From Lingula anatina (lineage: Eukaryota; Animalia; Brachiopoda), in the NCBI GenBank assembly GCA_051362555.1, contig CM120643.1, forward strand, positions 19,348,848-19,412,847: 64,000 nucleotides of DNA. The letters are read 5' to 3'. The translations under genes and the position numbers were made by a program. How positions within the stretch are numbered: position 1 is the stretch's first letter; each line of letters starts with the position of its first letter. Shown here one piece after another: positions 12,782 through 25,258 of this stretch. The notes beneath the pieces were generated by a model. The model searched no databases. It was not told the origin of the DNA and saw only the letters and a list, made by a program, of their open reading frames with translations.

Positions 12782-14120
12782 CCAACTACAGTCAAAACTA
12801 TTACCCCCCGTGTCTTTTTAATCGGCTGATAACAAGTGTGCGGTAAGTTTTAACAGTAATTTCCATACCGCCCCGACACTTTTTTTTTTGCCACGTCATG
12901 TTCACAGGAGTCAAAGTCTTCTTTAATGCTTAATCTAGAGCTCTTTTAATAATCGTGACATTTATCGCGGCGCGTTCTGAAGACTAAAAATGGACACCCT
13001 CTCCCCAAAAAGAAAGAATCAAAACGCGTCCTGAATACGCCGCGGCGCGAATTGAAAAACGTCAGGTAGTTTTCATTGATATCTGCACGTTCTGCACTCG
13101 GCCTATTGTCAGCAATCTGCCCCGTGTGAGCGTCGTGATTTTTAAAGCCAGGATGAAAAAAAATCCCCCCGGGGTGTTAGTTTGGTAAGATCATGGGCAC
13201 GTTTGTCTGTTTAGATTAAACTCGACGCAATAATTAAAGTTCAACAATCAAAGAGTAGCAGACAAAGCGCCGATTAAACCTGGTGGCAGTAGTTTTGTGA
13301 AAGGTGTCAGATTAAGGTTTGAGTCTCGAGATACAGACCCCCTGATACCAGTTTATGGAACAGAAATTTGATTAAAGATCTTGTACACTTCGTCAGGTTA
13401 TCTAAGAAATCAATACGCTCCTTTCATGTTCAGATTCGTTCCTTCTATCAAACCAGAGAGAGATGATAGTTTTAAAGACCTGTTCCCACATCAGTCCTGA
13501 TCGCAACCGATTACACATTTCCTCATTACCGGTGCACCATCCACCATCAACTGTATTGTTGTCGAAATCTCGAAATCTGACTGATATCTTATGGGTATAA
13601 AACTTATCTGTGACACAATGCTGAATCATGGAATTACATAGTTCCATGGTTAAAAAAACGCCTCGGTTTTTTAAAATCTGGATTTATAAAGCGTTATTGG
13701 ATTTGCCTCTTAAATTAAAAGATTGTATTGAGTTACTTTTTAACGTAAAAAGGATTTCAATATCGTGGCTTTTAATGAGTAATAGCATTGAATTACGCAG
13801 TGAGAAAATTAGAGAAAATAGAAAAAGAAAAATTTTTAAAAATGGAAAATTTCCAATTGATATCTTTATTAGGTCATGACTTTTGGAAATGTGCTCTCTA
13901 GAATATGATGTTTTAAAATGATTAAGGGATTATGAAAACATTTGGATAAATATTTATAAAAATGCTAAAATAAGACAAATATTGCGAATCTTTGTCAATA
14001 AGTTTTCACCAGGAAAAATTATAACATCGAGGAAGCCTTAACTTCGGCCTGTATAGCGTGGTTCCTTTTAATTCGGCCTATAATTTTGTTTGGTGGGGTT
14101 TCCTCTGCTGCAGATAGGAG

Positions 14121-14122
<2 letters not shown>

Positions 14123-14176
<54 letters not shown>
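14123..14176. repeat. (AAT)n microsatellite
   Basis: Direct inspection. Confidence 0.95.
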
Positions 14177-14178
<2 letters not shown>

Positions 14179-15971
14179 GTTTATTAGGTAAAATTACAAC
14201 CCTAAGGTTGGAGTTGTACAAAGAATGTTTAAAAGAAAATTGACAATAAACTTTAAATTATAAAACAATAAATTATTCCTAAAATACTACAAAGTAAAAA
14301 GGCATTCATAAATAACTACAAGGTTGTAAGAATTTGGTGTTGTTTCGTAAAGGGGTGTTTCTTTCAGTCAATAAATGTCCCAACTTTTTGCACTACTATT
14401 ACAGCATGATATCCTCGGCGAGTGTGTGGGTGTGTGTGTGTGTGTGTGTGTGTCGGGAGAGGGGGGGAGAGAGAGAGTCTGTGACCGAATCTGCACTTTT
14501 ATTTTGGAAAAGAACCAGACCCAGGAACCCCCCCCCCCCCCCCCCCCACTCCCACCCTAGCACCACACTGTGAACGCTCAATGCTTAACTGGTCGCAGCG
14601 CGCTGGTCAAACTCCGCTAGCCTCTATCCACTTAAGAAGTTGTAACTTCTTGGTCCACTGAAGACCTAGATATGAGGACATACGAACTCGTTTCTCGTGT
14701 GTCACGCTCACCAGATTGCATTGTCAGTGTACTGACGTCACGGCAAGCCACTGATTCCGAAAGTCACGATGCTGTCTTATCAATTGTCAACCATAAAGAC
14801 CAAATAAAATTACTGTTGTCACAGTTCTCGCTTTGCAATAAGCGCGGTGCGTTGATATTCTGAAATTACTTGTTAGCATTCAAAGCGGGGTTCACTGGAT
14901 TTAATTTTACGGTGAAAGAGTAGTTTACTGCAATATTTGGAGCGAGGGATTCGTGTCCAATTTATCACTTTAATTATTCAACTCAACAGGCGAAATCTAT
15001 ACATTGCATAACGATTTATTCGATGACAGAGTGCCCTTTAGCTGAAAGGAATAAGTATGGAAACTAGAGAGGTGTTAACTATACGCACTGACTGTTCTAA
15101 AATCGATGATTTTTGACCCGAAACCTACTTACATCATTTATATAATAGATAAAATGAACCAGGATTGAATGGGCTCTGTTGAATGCGACTCCATTTCTCT
15201 AATTTCAGTGTTGCGTTAAGGATGGATGATATGAGTTTAGTGCAAGCCACGTCGTGACGGCGACGTGAGAGATTAAAAAAAAAAACAAAAACATAAAAAA
15301 AAAAAAACAGTTTCCTCGATTATCAATTATGTTATTGTTCTTAATATTAAAAAAAGTTTTAAAAAGACCGTGGGAGGTATAAATACCGAACCCTTTTGGT
15401 TATTACATACCAAAAATTCCATCATAAGTGTTCACCCTGCACCACATTTTATTTCACACTCTCGTGGGGTGAGCACTTAGTTCAAATTATAAAGCAGTAT
15501 GTCACCAGAGGGCCCTGGTGTATAGAAAAAAGATCAATGCACTTTATTAATATAGCACTTCATAGTTAATGCTGAAAACGAGGAAGCGTTGGGCAGACTT
15601 AGCCATTTTTGTCGTTATGTGTCTGGCGCAGTAGGAGATGTAGAACATCTCCCAAAGGTAGCATTAATTGAATGTCAAAACGCTAACGCTACATAAGATT
15701 TATTTTCATACGGTGGTAATCAACAAAACTAATTTGAAAGAAGCAAACCTTCGCCTCAATCAAAGAGATCCTGACAACACTGCTCAAAATGTGTTTTTGA
15801 AATATTTTCTCCTTAAAGCTGTCGCTTTGACGTTCTAACCTTAAAGGGATAACAACTCTTCGTATGAGATCTGTTTCACAATATATACTTTGTAAACAAC
15901 TCATAGAAATGTATTTTACCACAAAACTGCAGTTATAGCAATAAATCTGAAATCGGTACTTGCCACCCAAC

Positions 15972-16165
15972 CACGTGACCTCCACAGATGGTTATACTCT
16001 GTAATAAGCTCTTAAGAGATTATTAAAAAAAGTTTTTAGAAAAAAATCAGGGACTAACTTTTAATGTAGAAATGGACTCATTAACCATTGGTAAGTATGG
16101 GAAAACTGCTGTTTACCCCAAGAAAATTCATTTTTTGGCCAAAATGAATAGTTGTTATCCCTTTA
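15972..16165 (+). repeat. Dispersed repeat, copy 1 (related copy at ~49501-49655)
   Basis: Shared blocks ca(c/t)gtgacct-ca(c/t)aga-gg(t/c)tatact(c/t)tgtaataa-taagagattat-[A-rich]-aacttt(t/g)aatgtagaaatgga-agtatgggaa-a(t/c)agttgtt. Confidence 0.7.
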
Positions 16166-16408
16166 ACATTTACGCAGCAGTCGCAAACCAGGGCGGACGC
16201 CGTAACATACGCATCTTTCACATCTTTAACACCCGACTTCTCATTAACGTCACGTAATTCCACAGAGGTCGAGGTAGAGGTGGTGAATGTCATGATGTAA
16301 AAAGGGCAAGCTGACAAGTGGTCTTAGTTTACGGCACTAAGTCTGGCTGAATTATGTTATAAATGAATATAAAAGATGGATAGGCCTGTAAAGCTACAAC
16401 CTGGCTCC

Positions 16409-16416
16409 TTATTTAC

Positions 16417-16459
<43 letters not shown>

Positions 16460-16460
16460 T
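16409..16460. repeat. (TTTA)n microsatellite
   Basis: Direct inspection. Confidence 0.9.
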
Positions 16461-17174
16461 GTTTAATACTGCCTACCAGTGTCCTTTCTACTCACTTAGG
16501 GCAGACAAATTCATAAAATATATGGATTGCAATTGGTCCATACCAATTTCCTAATTAAACATTCAATTACATGTCCTTCAGTTTCAAAGCAACAGGAAAT
16601 ATCCGAGTAAATGTCTGATGTATTTTCTAGACTGCCGCATTTCAGCCTCATCCAGTTCCAAGATAAAAAGGCCGGTAGTTAAAGGTCAGCGAACTTTTAA
16701 TGCCATTCCACCACAGTGTTTCCTAAGGTGGTTTAGATATGACCGGCCAGACCTTGGTTAAAACGTTTTCTTTTTTTTAAATGTTATATAAAAAATGTAA
16801 TTTTTCAAATAGAATATATGATTTTTTTTTATACTTAAAAACCGCATTCTGCTAGGGGACTCACGTTGTCATGCCACACGTTTCCTTAAACTCTATAAGC
16901 GGGGTCTTTAAAGGATCACAGGAAAACGCTTTAAATATTTGTAGGTTTACCCAGATGTGTCCTTTGCTGACCCTCTCACGTGAGTCTGACTGACCAGCAT
17001 ATCGATCAGCTGACCGTCAAAACTGAAAACACATGTCCCAACTCGCTACGATATTGTAGTATTCAAAGTGGGTAATTTGATTGTAATTAATAATATACTA
17101 TGTAATTGATAAGAATTGTAATATGTAATCAATAATAGAATTACCCCTGGAAACAACAACAGGGGAGGGGGCTG

Positions 17175-17216
17175 CACGTGATAAGCGGCCCTGCACGTGA
17201 GCACGTGTTGCACGTG
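17175..17216. promoter_or_regulatory. Cluster of four CACGTG E-boxes (candidate enhancer)
   Basis: CACGTG at 17175, 17194, 17202 and 17211, each preceded by G. Confidence 0.45.
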
Positions 17217-19189
17217 TTGGATGGATTGGATAAGCATGACAAGGTGAAACGCCGCCAGGTGTTTGAAGTCTACAGCCAATAACTTACAGTAGCTTAGCTG
17301 ACTACCTTAAGTTTGGTTCAACCTGTATTATTCCAAAGGTCATTTATAAATTGCTGATTTTGCTTGCGTCTTTGCAAAAGTCAGTTCGACAATGAAAAAA
17401 ATTAATATAATAAAAAATGAGATAAAGATAGTAAATGAAAATACGAATAAAGACAAAAAATTAATGCAAGTTGGCAAAAAAAAAAAAAAAAAAAAAAAAA
17501 AAGAAAAAAAGAAAGTGTCGCTTATCCAAGATGTTATGCAGTGTAGGGATCATCTTGTGTGTTCTGGGTCATATTTCTGTTGGGTTAAGATAGATGATAT
17601 ACGGAATAAATGGTCGGCAATTGCTAGTTTATTTTTCCCTCTAGATCGAAATGTTTGCTGTCTATTTCTCTCCCGAAAGTCAACTATCTTTGACCCCGTC
17701 ATATCCGAGACAGTTTTGTTTTGTTATGATTTTTATAGGATCAAAATAAACGTTCGATTCTCAATTAATTTTGCATAACAGTTTATCACTCGATTTACTT
17801 TTGCGCAGCTTATTTTGCCCTATATCATTGAAAATTTCCATCATGTGATTCGAAGTTAAGTATTATCAAGGGATAACTCTCATGTATTTTGCAGTCAGCA
17901 AAGAAATCTTTACCATACGAAGCTCTGGTAGTGTCTGGTAGGATGCGATCTTTCTTTTACCATCTTATTTTTTGCCTTAAACCCTTTTTGATTAAACTTG
18001 ACTCTTAAATACAAAGTGACCCCCTTTAAGTAAACATCACCCGAAATTAAACAAAACTCAGCTGCGTTTCTTTTACATACTGTGAATATTTACCCCGCTT
18101 ATTCTTCACGGCGGAATCATGAATTTTTTGCCGACATTTTCTCATTTAAACCGTGTTAAGAAATTCACCGAGACGCGGATAAATTCGATCAGTGCTAATG
18201 AGTGGTGTAAGCTAAATATAAAGCACGCCCCATGGGACACAGTTTGCCCCTTAAAAGTCTGCGGTTATGTTATCTGGACGCCGAAGAATGTGATTTCCTG
18301 AAAAATCCAGGCACCGATTTAGCAAGGAGGGCCAGGGCAAGACTTCGCTGTTTTTTTATTATTGTCTTTTTAATGATTATTTTTCAAAATGCAGTGACTA
18401 GAATTACGAAATATTAATATTAAAACAATGACGTTTCAGTACGTGTTCAACTGTAAATACCACTCACCCATTCTGAGAAAGAAAGTTAAAAACAGCGGAA
18501 AGGCAGCGGAAAGCAAAACCAGTCATACAGACGGATGTATCGAAGAGGGCAGGATGCAGGATAAATCAAAATTAATACCAAAGAAGTTTCCTCATTTTTG
18601 ACGGTTCAGATACCCCTTGTACACATAGACCAAATACCACTGCGGCCATTTCGACCAAATGTCATGGCGGTCAACCAAGGACAGGTACCTGTGAAGTTGG
18701 CCTTTCCACCATAAAATATAGCCTCATTTCACCTGTACTCCTATCTAATCACCTATTACACATTTCAGATTGATTTATCTGTTTACACCTGTAGAGACAG
18801 ACGCTCACTGACCATCGCATTCCTTCCTTATTGGCCCCAGGTCAGTGACACCTGGTGATAAACGGCTTTTAATGACCAGGACATACGGCAAAAAAAAAAC
18901 AAAAAAAACCTCCACCTGGTCTACCTGTGAATATGAACTGTTTGTCATAAATCAACATTCCCAATGGAGAACCAGTCCCTGTAAGAAGACAGAGGTTTTG
19001 TACATATTGTGTTCTGGCATAGCTTGAACCACTTATTCTCACCGATTATATCCACGCTGGATAGCATCCTAGCACTGTTCAAATTTCAATCAATACATTT
19101 TTTGTGATATTACCTGTCACAGTGAAGGTGTGGGTGTGAGGGCACCTGGGCCCTGAATTTTAAAGGTTTCTGGGTGCTACCCAGGTACC

Positions 19190-19342
19190 CAGGTCCGTGG
19201 GCGGGTGAGTGGGGTGGGGTGGGGTGGGGTGGGGTGGAGTGGGGGTCGGAGGGTTGGTATCGAAAGAACCGCCCCTTTGGACGGAAAAGGTCTGCTTTTT
19301 TCAGAAAAAGAATCCCCCTTGAAATCTTTGTTAACAGGCCTG
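19190..19342. mobile_element. Possible hAT-like MITE remnant
   Basis: Ends caggtccgt...acaggcctg resemble CAGGCCCGT-type TIRs; internal (GGGGT)n; no clear TSD. Confidence 0.35.
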
Positions 19343-19406
19343 TCATCTCTAACGCTCTGGGCAGGGCACCTATTGACTCCATCAAAATTATAAATCATGG
19401 ACGGTG

Positions 19407-19411
19407 TATTA

Positions 19412-19461
<50 letters not shown>
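19407..19461. repeat. (ATT)n microsatellite
   Basis: Direct inspection. Confidence 0.95.
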
Positions 19462-21049
19462 GACAAGTTTAGAAGTAGTTTTCCGTCGAAATTTTGATGC
19501 TTTTCCCCTAATTTCACTCTATTTCATCTAATTCAATTGATACACGGTATTCAAGTTTTCAAATCAAGTTTTTAAATTATCATTTGAGCCATTTGAAATT
19601 GACGAACGCCTTAAGCCAAGTGATTAAATTGAATACGCTTTAAAGCCCACGTAGAGCGTTACAGACGGTTTTCATCTCAGGGTTTTTACAGCAGTGCAGT
19701 CATTGATCCTCCATTAGATGAGGGTCACCAAGTTTATTGCGACATTTGCCCTTAATAGAAATAAATGTTTGCCAGCCAAGGTCATTGTTTTGACAGAGTT
19801 TTTAGAGCGAAAAGCTCCCGCTGCACCATGATCAAGGAGGTGGGGACGAGCGAGGATGCGTCAGCATTAAATAAAGCAACCTCAACTAGGTAGAATATTA
19901 ATATGATGGTCCTGTCCAAAAAAGCGTTGCGGTCAGTTGTTACATATATCACTGTAACTGTTCGGGTGGTGGTGAGATAGATCTGGTAAATACAGAGTTC
20001 ATGTCTGTTTTTCTGCAGTTAGCATTCTTTTCGGATACCTTGCATTGTGTAAGTTGACGAAAGTACCAGATCTCTTTGGTACCGGCTGTAAACTTTTAAG
20101 GTACAGGTGCACTCAGAGAGAGAGACTAGGGGTACAATGTAGTAGTAAGTAATGGAGGGGGTCTAGGGGAAGGGGAAAAAGAGTTCATGATAGGTCAACA
20201 TCCCAAGAACACAAGCTGCGCCCTCTCTACTTTAAATTATCGCATTGTATCTTTGACATTACGTCACGTGGCTGTGCGGTGAACTACCAACATTTGCGCA
20301 AAAACTTTGTGAGCAAATTTTTCATATTAAGCATAGATGTCAGTCTAATCAAAAACCGGCCCATACCAGTCTTGCCCGGACCATAAAGTAGGTTTTATTT
20401 CATGGATTGGCTTTCTAACTAATTGACATGGCATTAAGCTTCGGTTTCCTGTTAAAGATCAGTCGACTTTCTCTCTCCAGAGGTTGGACTTCCACACAAC
20501 CAATAGCTTCCAATAACATAAAAACTATAGACGGAAAGAATTTCCTCTGGGCTTTGGACGATCGATAAGTGGGACTAATTCCTACATTTAAGCAGAAAAA
20601 GCGGTGTCATAATCACTGCACTCTGGGCGATATTTCATAGGACCATACTACAATCAGGTGCTTATTCCACATAATTTGGTAGTCGTTGTAATTATTTTGA
20701 AAGTCACAAGCCAAGTTTCTAGTGGGACATTCGTTTGATAATGCTGTCGGTTGCACGTTCTTTTAAAATTTATCTTACATCCTTTCCATCCTGGTGACAA
20801 CTAATTATCTGAAATCCAGGTTTTGTACAAGGTACGCGGCATGGGTGAGTTTAAAAATTTGCCAAAGTACGGCTGCCCAAGTAAGTCTCTTTGCATAATG
20901 AATAAAAATTCATAAAACGTAGAATATCTTGTACCAATGCATTTTAAAATCCTCGTGTGGTTGCAAGCGATCGATGTTGACACTTTTCTAAGCTTTTCTA
21001 AGTTTCGCTGATGACAAAGAAATCCAGTTTAAGGTACTCAGGGTATTCA

Positions 21050-21069
21050 TGACGTCACCTCTGACGTCA
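21050..21069. promoter_or_regulatory. Tandem pair of perfect CRE palindromes
   Basis: TGACGTCAcctcTGACGTCA. Confidence 0.4.
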
Positions 21070-24000
21070 TACAAAATCTTTATGGTTATATCTCAATAAA
21101 ATACATCAAATAACTTGCCAGAGCCAAACGGCATCAATTTCCGGTGTTCCCTTTGGAGATATTAAGTGTCAGCGTGAGTTACATGTCACTCAAATAATAT
21201 TGTCAACTTCCAATAACTAGCGTATTTTCATCTTCTTTCGGTTGATTACTTTTGCCTTAAGTTTTTTTTTTTCAAAGTTAGTTTATCTTAAGATAGAATT
21301 AAAATAAAATTTATTGCCATACTTAATTTTAGAGCTATTTAGAGTTTTGCCTCACTGGCCATATTCTATTGACAGATTAATCAAAATAGGAAATAATTGC
21401 TTGGTCGCAAAACTAACTAGATATTTCACATTGATATTGCAGGGGATGATTTGCAGCACGTATATTGAAGCCAAAACAAATTTGATCAGGGGCAACCGGC
21501 CAAGGACACTTTTACTGAAACGCATTAATATAGATCGATCATTGGCACAGAAAAAATAACGTTATGGGCCTGGTATGATCGCGATTTAGATTAAAATCTG
21601 CAGAAGTACAGAAATAGATTACTTTAAGGTGGTATTAGTTCGATATACTGTCATTGCCATGGATAGATGAGATTACGTGTAGGAAAGCAAGCGCCGTCAA
21701 TACATAGAGCTAATAACGTTAGGAGTGTGGGCCTGATGCTTTCACATCTGCCTGCTAAAAATATGAAGGAAATTTGGCGCACCCATTTTTCATGTTTTGT
21801 TGCACATAAAGGTCCTATATTAAGCCAGCCTTGGCACTGAGGGATACCCTCTCCTTATTCTGACTGAAATGGAATAAAAAATTCTCCTCATTTCTCCGAC
21901 CAGTAAGTACCTACAGACCCATTCCCACATGTTCTAATATTTACGAGCAGTATATCTTACCAGCTTCCCAGTATTTTTATGATGATACCATTCGTGGTCG
22001 AAAAACTGATATAATTTTTTCAGTTCATTGTGTCTTGACTCCCACCACGGTTATAAGGACGTTATAAAGTGTCCTTAACGTTTCAACCCAATATGTTGTA
22101 TATGCATGCATTAACGGAATACAAGCAATCTGCACAAAATACACAGGTGGATTCATGGGCATCGATCCAGCCCCCCACCCCACCCCTCTCCAACATATAC
22201 ACTTTGTAAATGGCGGATCCAATTCTCTATGTTTGTAATCAAAAATGTGAGAAAAGACACATCATAAGACCCCACTGCAGACTGTGTCTGGTCCTCGGTA
22301 CTGCAGTTTTCCAAACTGTGCCATATAGTCACAGGGTTCTCTGCGGATGCACATATTAGAAAAGAAAAGAAAATTTGCCTCCTTCCCCCAACCCCAATTT
22401 TATATCCTTATTCCTCCAGAGAGATATCTAAATAAGGAAGGCCACTTATCTATTAAACAGCGAAGTATTTTAAGAACAAATGATTTCCATTTCAATGGAA
22501 ATAGTTTTGGGCAGGGTTTCTGACATGCAGGCTGTTTTAGAGATGGCTATTTTTAAACAAACATAATTACTTTCATATAAATATTAAAAACCACTTTGTT
22601 GATTAAAAAGGCTGTATTATATGTCTTGTCAGTTAATTGGCAATATACATGGCGTCCGTAATCCCCTTAACATTATATGTTAAAAACCAGTCAGGAACGA
22701 TCTTTATAGTATTTCAATATATTTGTTCTTCGACTGTGACATCCTAGTTATCAAATTCGATTTATCTCTGCATTTATCAGACCACTTCAGTCGTGAACAT
22801 TGCATCATCGTATAAATAAGGCCCTACCTAGTTTTACGACTTAAGAAATATTCCCGAGTGCTCGTTTATTTAGTCTATCACTTTTATTTGTAATATTTTC
22901 AGGCGGTCGGACAAAACCTAAATATTTCCCACGTCAAATGGTCAACCCATATCACCAAAGGTTACCTGCGTCACAGCACGTAGACCTAAGGTGAAAAATT
23001 ACCTGGACATTTTGAAACGTACCCTATGGGTAATAATCGTCTGGCATTTTGCTCCGGTTACCAAGGGTTGTTAATACGTTTCCAAGTCATATTGTAGACC
23101 GCGGTTAAGCTGCGTGGAAATTGTGTTCGGCCATCTCGGGTGAAAACTACTTGTCAAAACACAGACAGCTAACTGGATGCAATGGCGACATTCAATGTGA
23201 AACGGTGATAGGACATGTGTCGTACGTTTTGTCTGCAATTTACCTCCATCACTATGGAAGGAGAGAGAGAGAGAGACTAGAGTCAGACTAGGGGGGAGAG
23301 GGAAGAGAAGAAGAGAGAAAGATGGGAGACAGTGTACATGCGTGTACATGTAAGATTTCGGATCACTTCATGCCGCTTGACTCCGACATCCAAAATAAAT
23401 CACAGCTACAGGTTGAAGGAACAAACAATTACCTCAGTTTTCAACTTTGAACATCTAGGGGGAGCACATTAACTTAAGATTGAAACCTAAAGTACACTAA
23501 TGGTACCCGTCCCACTCACCTTCAATTTCATAGTAAACATACTGGGTATAAATCATGATCACTACTGGGTACCTGTCTCGTTAATTATTCTTGCTATTTT
23601 CAAGAGCAAAGCCGAGAATGATAAAACTGCGAACACGTCTGTTAGAAAAACGTAAGAGACATTTTCATATTTTTTTTACATAAACGAAGTAATTTTAGTC
23701 GTTTAAGACACGCTAGGCCTTCCTTATTTACCTACTGTGACTCTTCTTCACTGACAGTGGAAAAAAATCAAAACCAGAAAGATTGATGAGAAATTATAGT
23801 TTGTTGAAGGTTAAATGATAAAAACAATAAGATCAAATAAGTTCAATAAGATCATATTTTTAATAAGAGGGATATAATACAAAAGATGCATATGCATAGG
23901 AGACAGCAGTTTCCATAGAATACTCAGACTAATGACAGCTCTTTTAATTGAACAACTTTGCAGCGCCTTTGTTCACAAATTTAGTTCGTATTTACATTTT

Positions 24001-25159
24001 CTTTTCATCGTGCAAATGTATTGCAGAAGGTAAAAAACACTTGCACAGGTTCCCATGCGGAGGACACGTAACCCGAAAAAATATAAATTATTCCAGAGTC
24101 TAGTTTTGAACAAACGGCCCAGTGTCACTAGTCAAAACACGTTTTTTTCTCTATTCGGGGACCAGGCTATCTTTTGATCAAAAATACGACTTCCATTTTC
24201 AGGACAAAAAATTATAGATTAAAAGGTTGTCTGGCATTAAGGCTAGCACAAAACGGCTTTCACGTTTTGATGGAAACTTACAACAATTAAACTGACGGGG
24301 ATGCTGAATAAACACACCAAGAAAAAAAGATAAAAAGGACTCTAAAAAAGCAAAATCATTTCTTCAAATACAGACGGACAGAAAAAACTCCCGAACAGAA
24401 AACAGAAGCACTTCGTATTATGTTTTTAGTGGCTGTTCAGTTGCGTCACCCCAATAAGTCTATGGGCCAAAAACCGCCCCTCCCCCCAACCCTCAGTGGT
24501 TTTCATTCACGATGTTTTTTCAGTTGCATCGTTGTGACGAAACAAAGCCCAAAGGCACAATGGCCTGTTTATGTGACGGTTGTTCTCTTGGATCCGAACA
24601 CGAGTGACAACTAGACCTTCTGTAAGGATGACATCGATTAACTCCCCGCCAGGTGCTGTCTCCTGATGCACTCCTTGAACCATACTGCATTTAAACCATT
24701 ATTCTGCTCACAGAAGCGGATGGCAGCGACTCTCTTCGGATTCATTAAACCCATCATTAATCTATCTACTAAGCCTTATACCAACTAAGAAAAAAAAGGA
24801 GGGAAATAAAAGCGAGTGAACATTTGGAAATAGAAGCGATCATCGCTGTCAACATGATAATACATTAATGACACCCAGGAAGTCATTGATAAAGAAAGTT
24901 CCCGTGGGGTCTGAATGGCTGTGCGTTACCACTGAGGTAAACAGACCATGCACCCGCAAGACGAGCCGGGATGCACGGAGTCAGCTTATCATTATCACCA
25001 CAACGTGATTCTGAACAATAAGTCACCTGGGCTTCATTTTGAGCCCACGGAGTTATCACAAGAGCAAATAGGCCGATATGTCGTCCTTTCTTGGCAACCC
25101 CTTTTTTTCTGAGGGCCGTATTAATAGGCTCAACTTATCACAGACCGCACCCTCTTCCT

Positions 25160-25160
<1 letters not shown>

Positions 25161-25193
<33 letters not shown>

Positions 25194-25258
25194 CACACGC
25201 AGGCAGACACACGGTGACACATACACACACACGCACACACACACACACACGCACACAC
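25161..25258. repeat. Imperfect (CA)n microsatellite
   Basis: Direct inspection. Confidence 0.9.
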
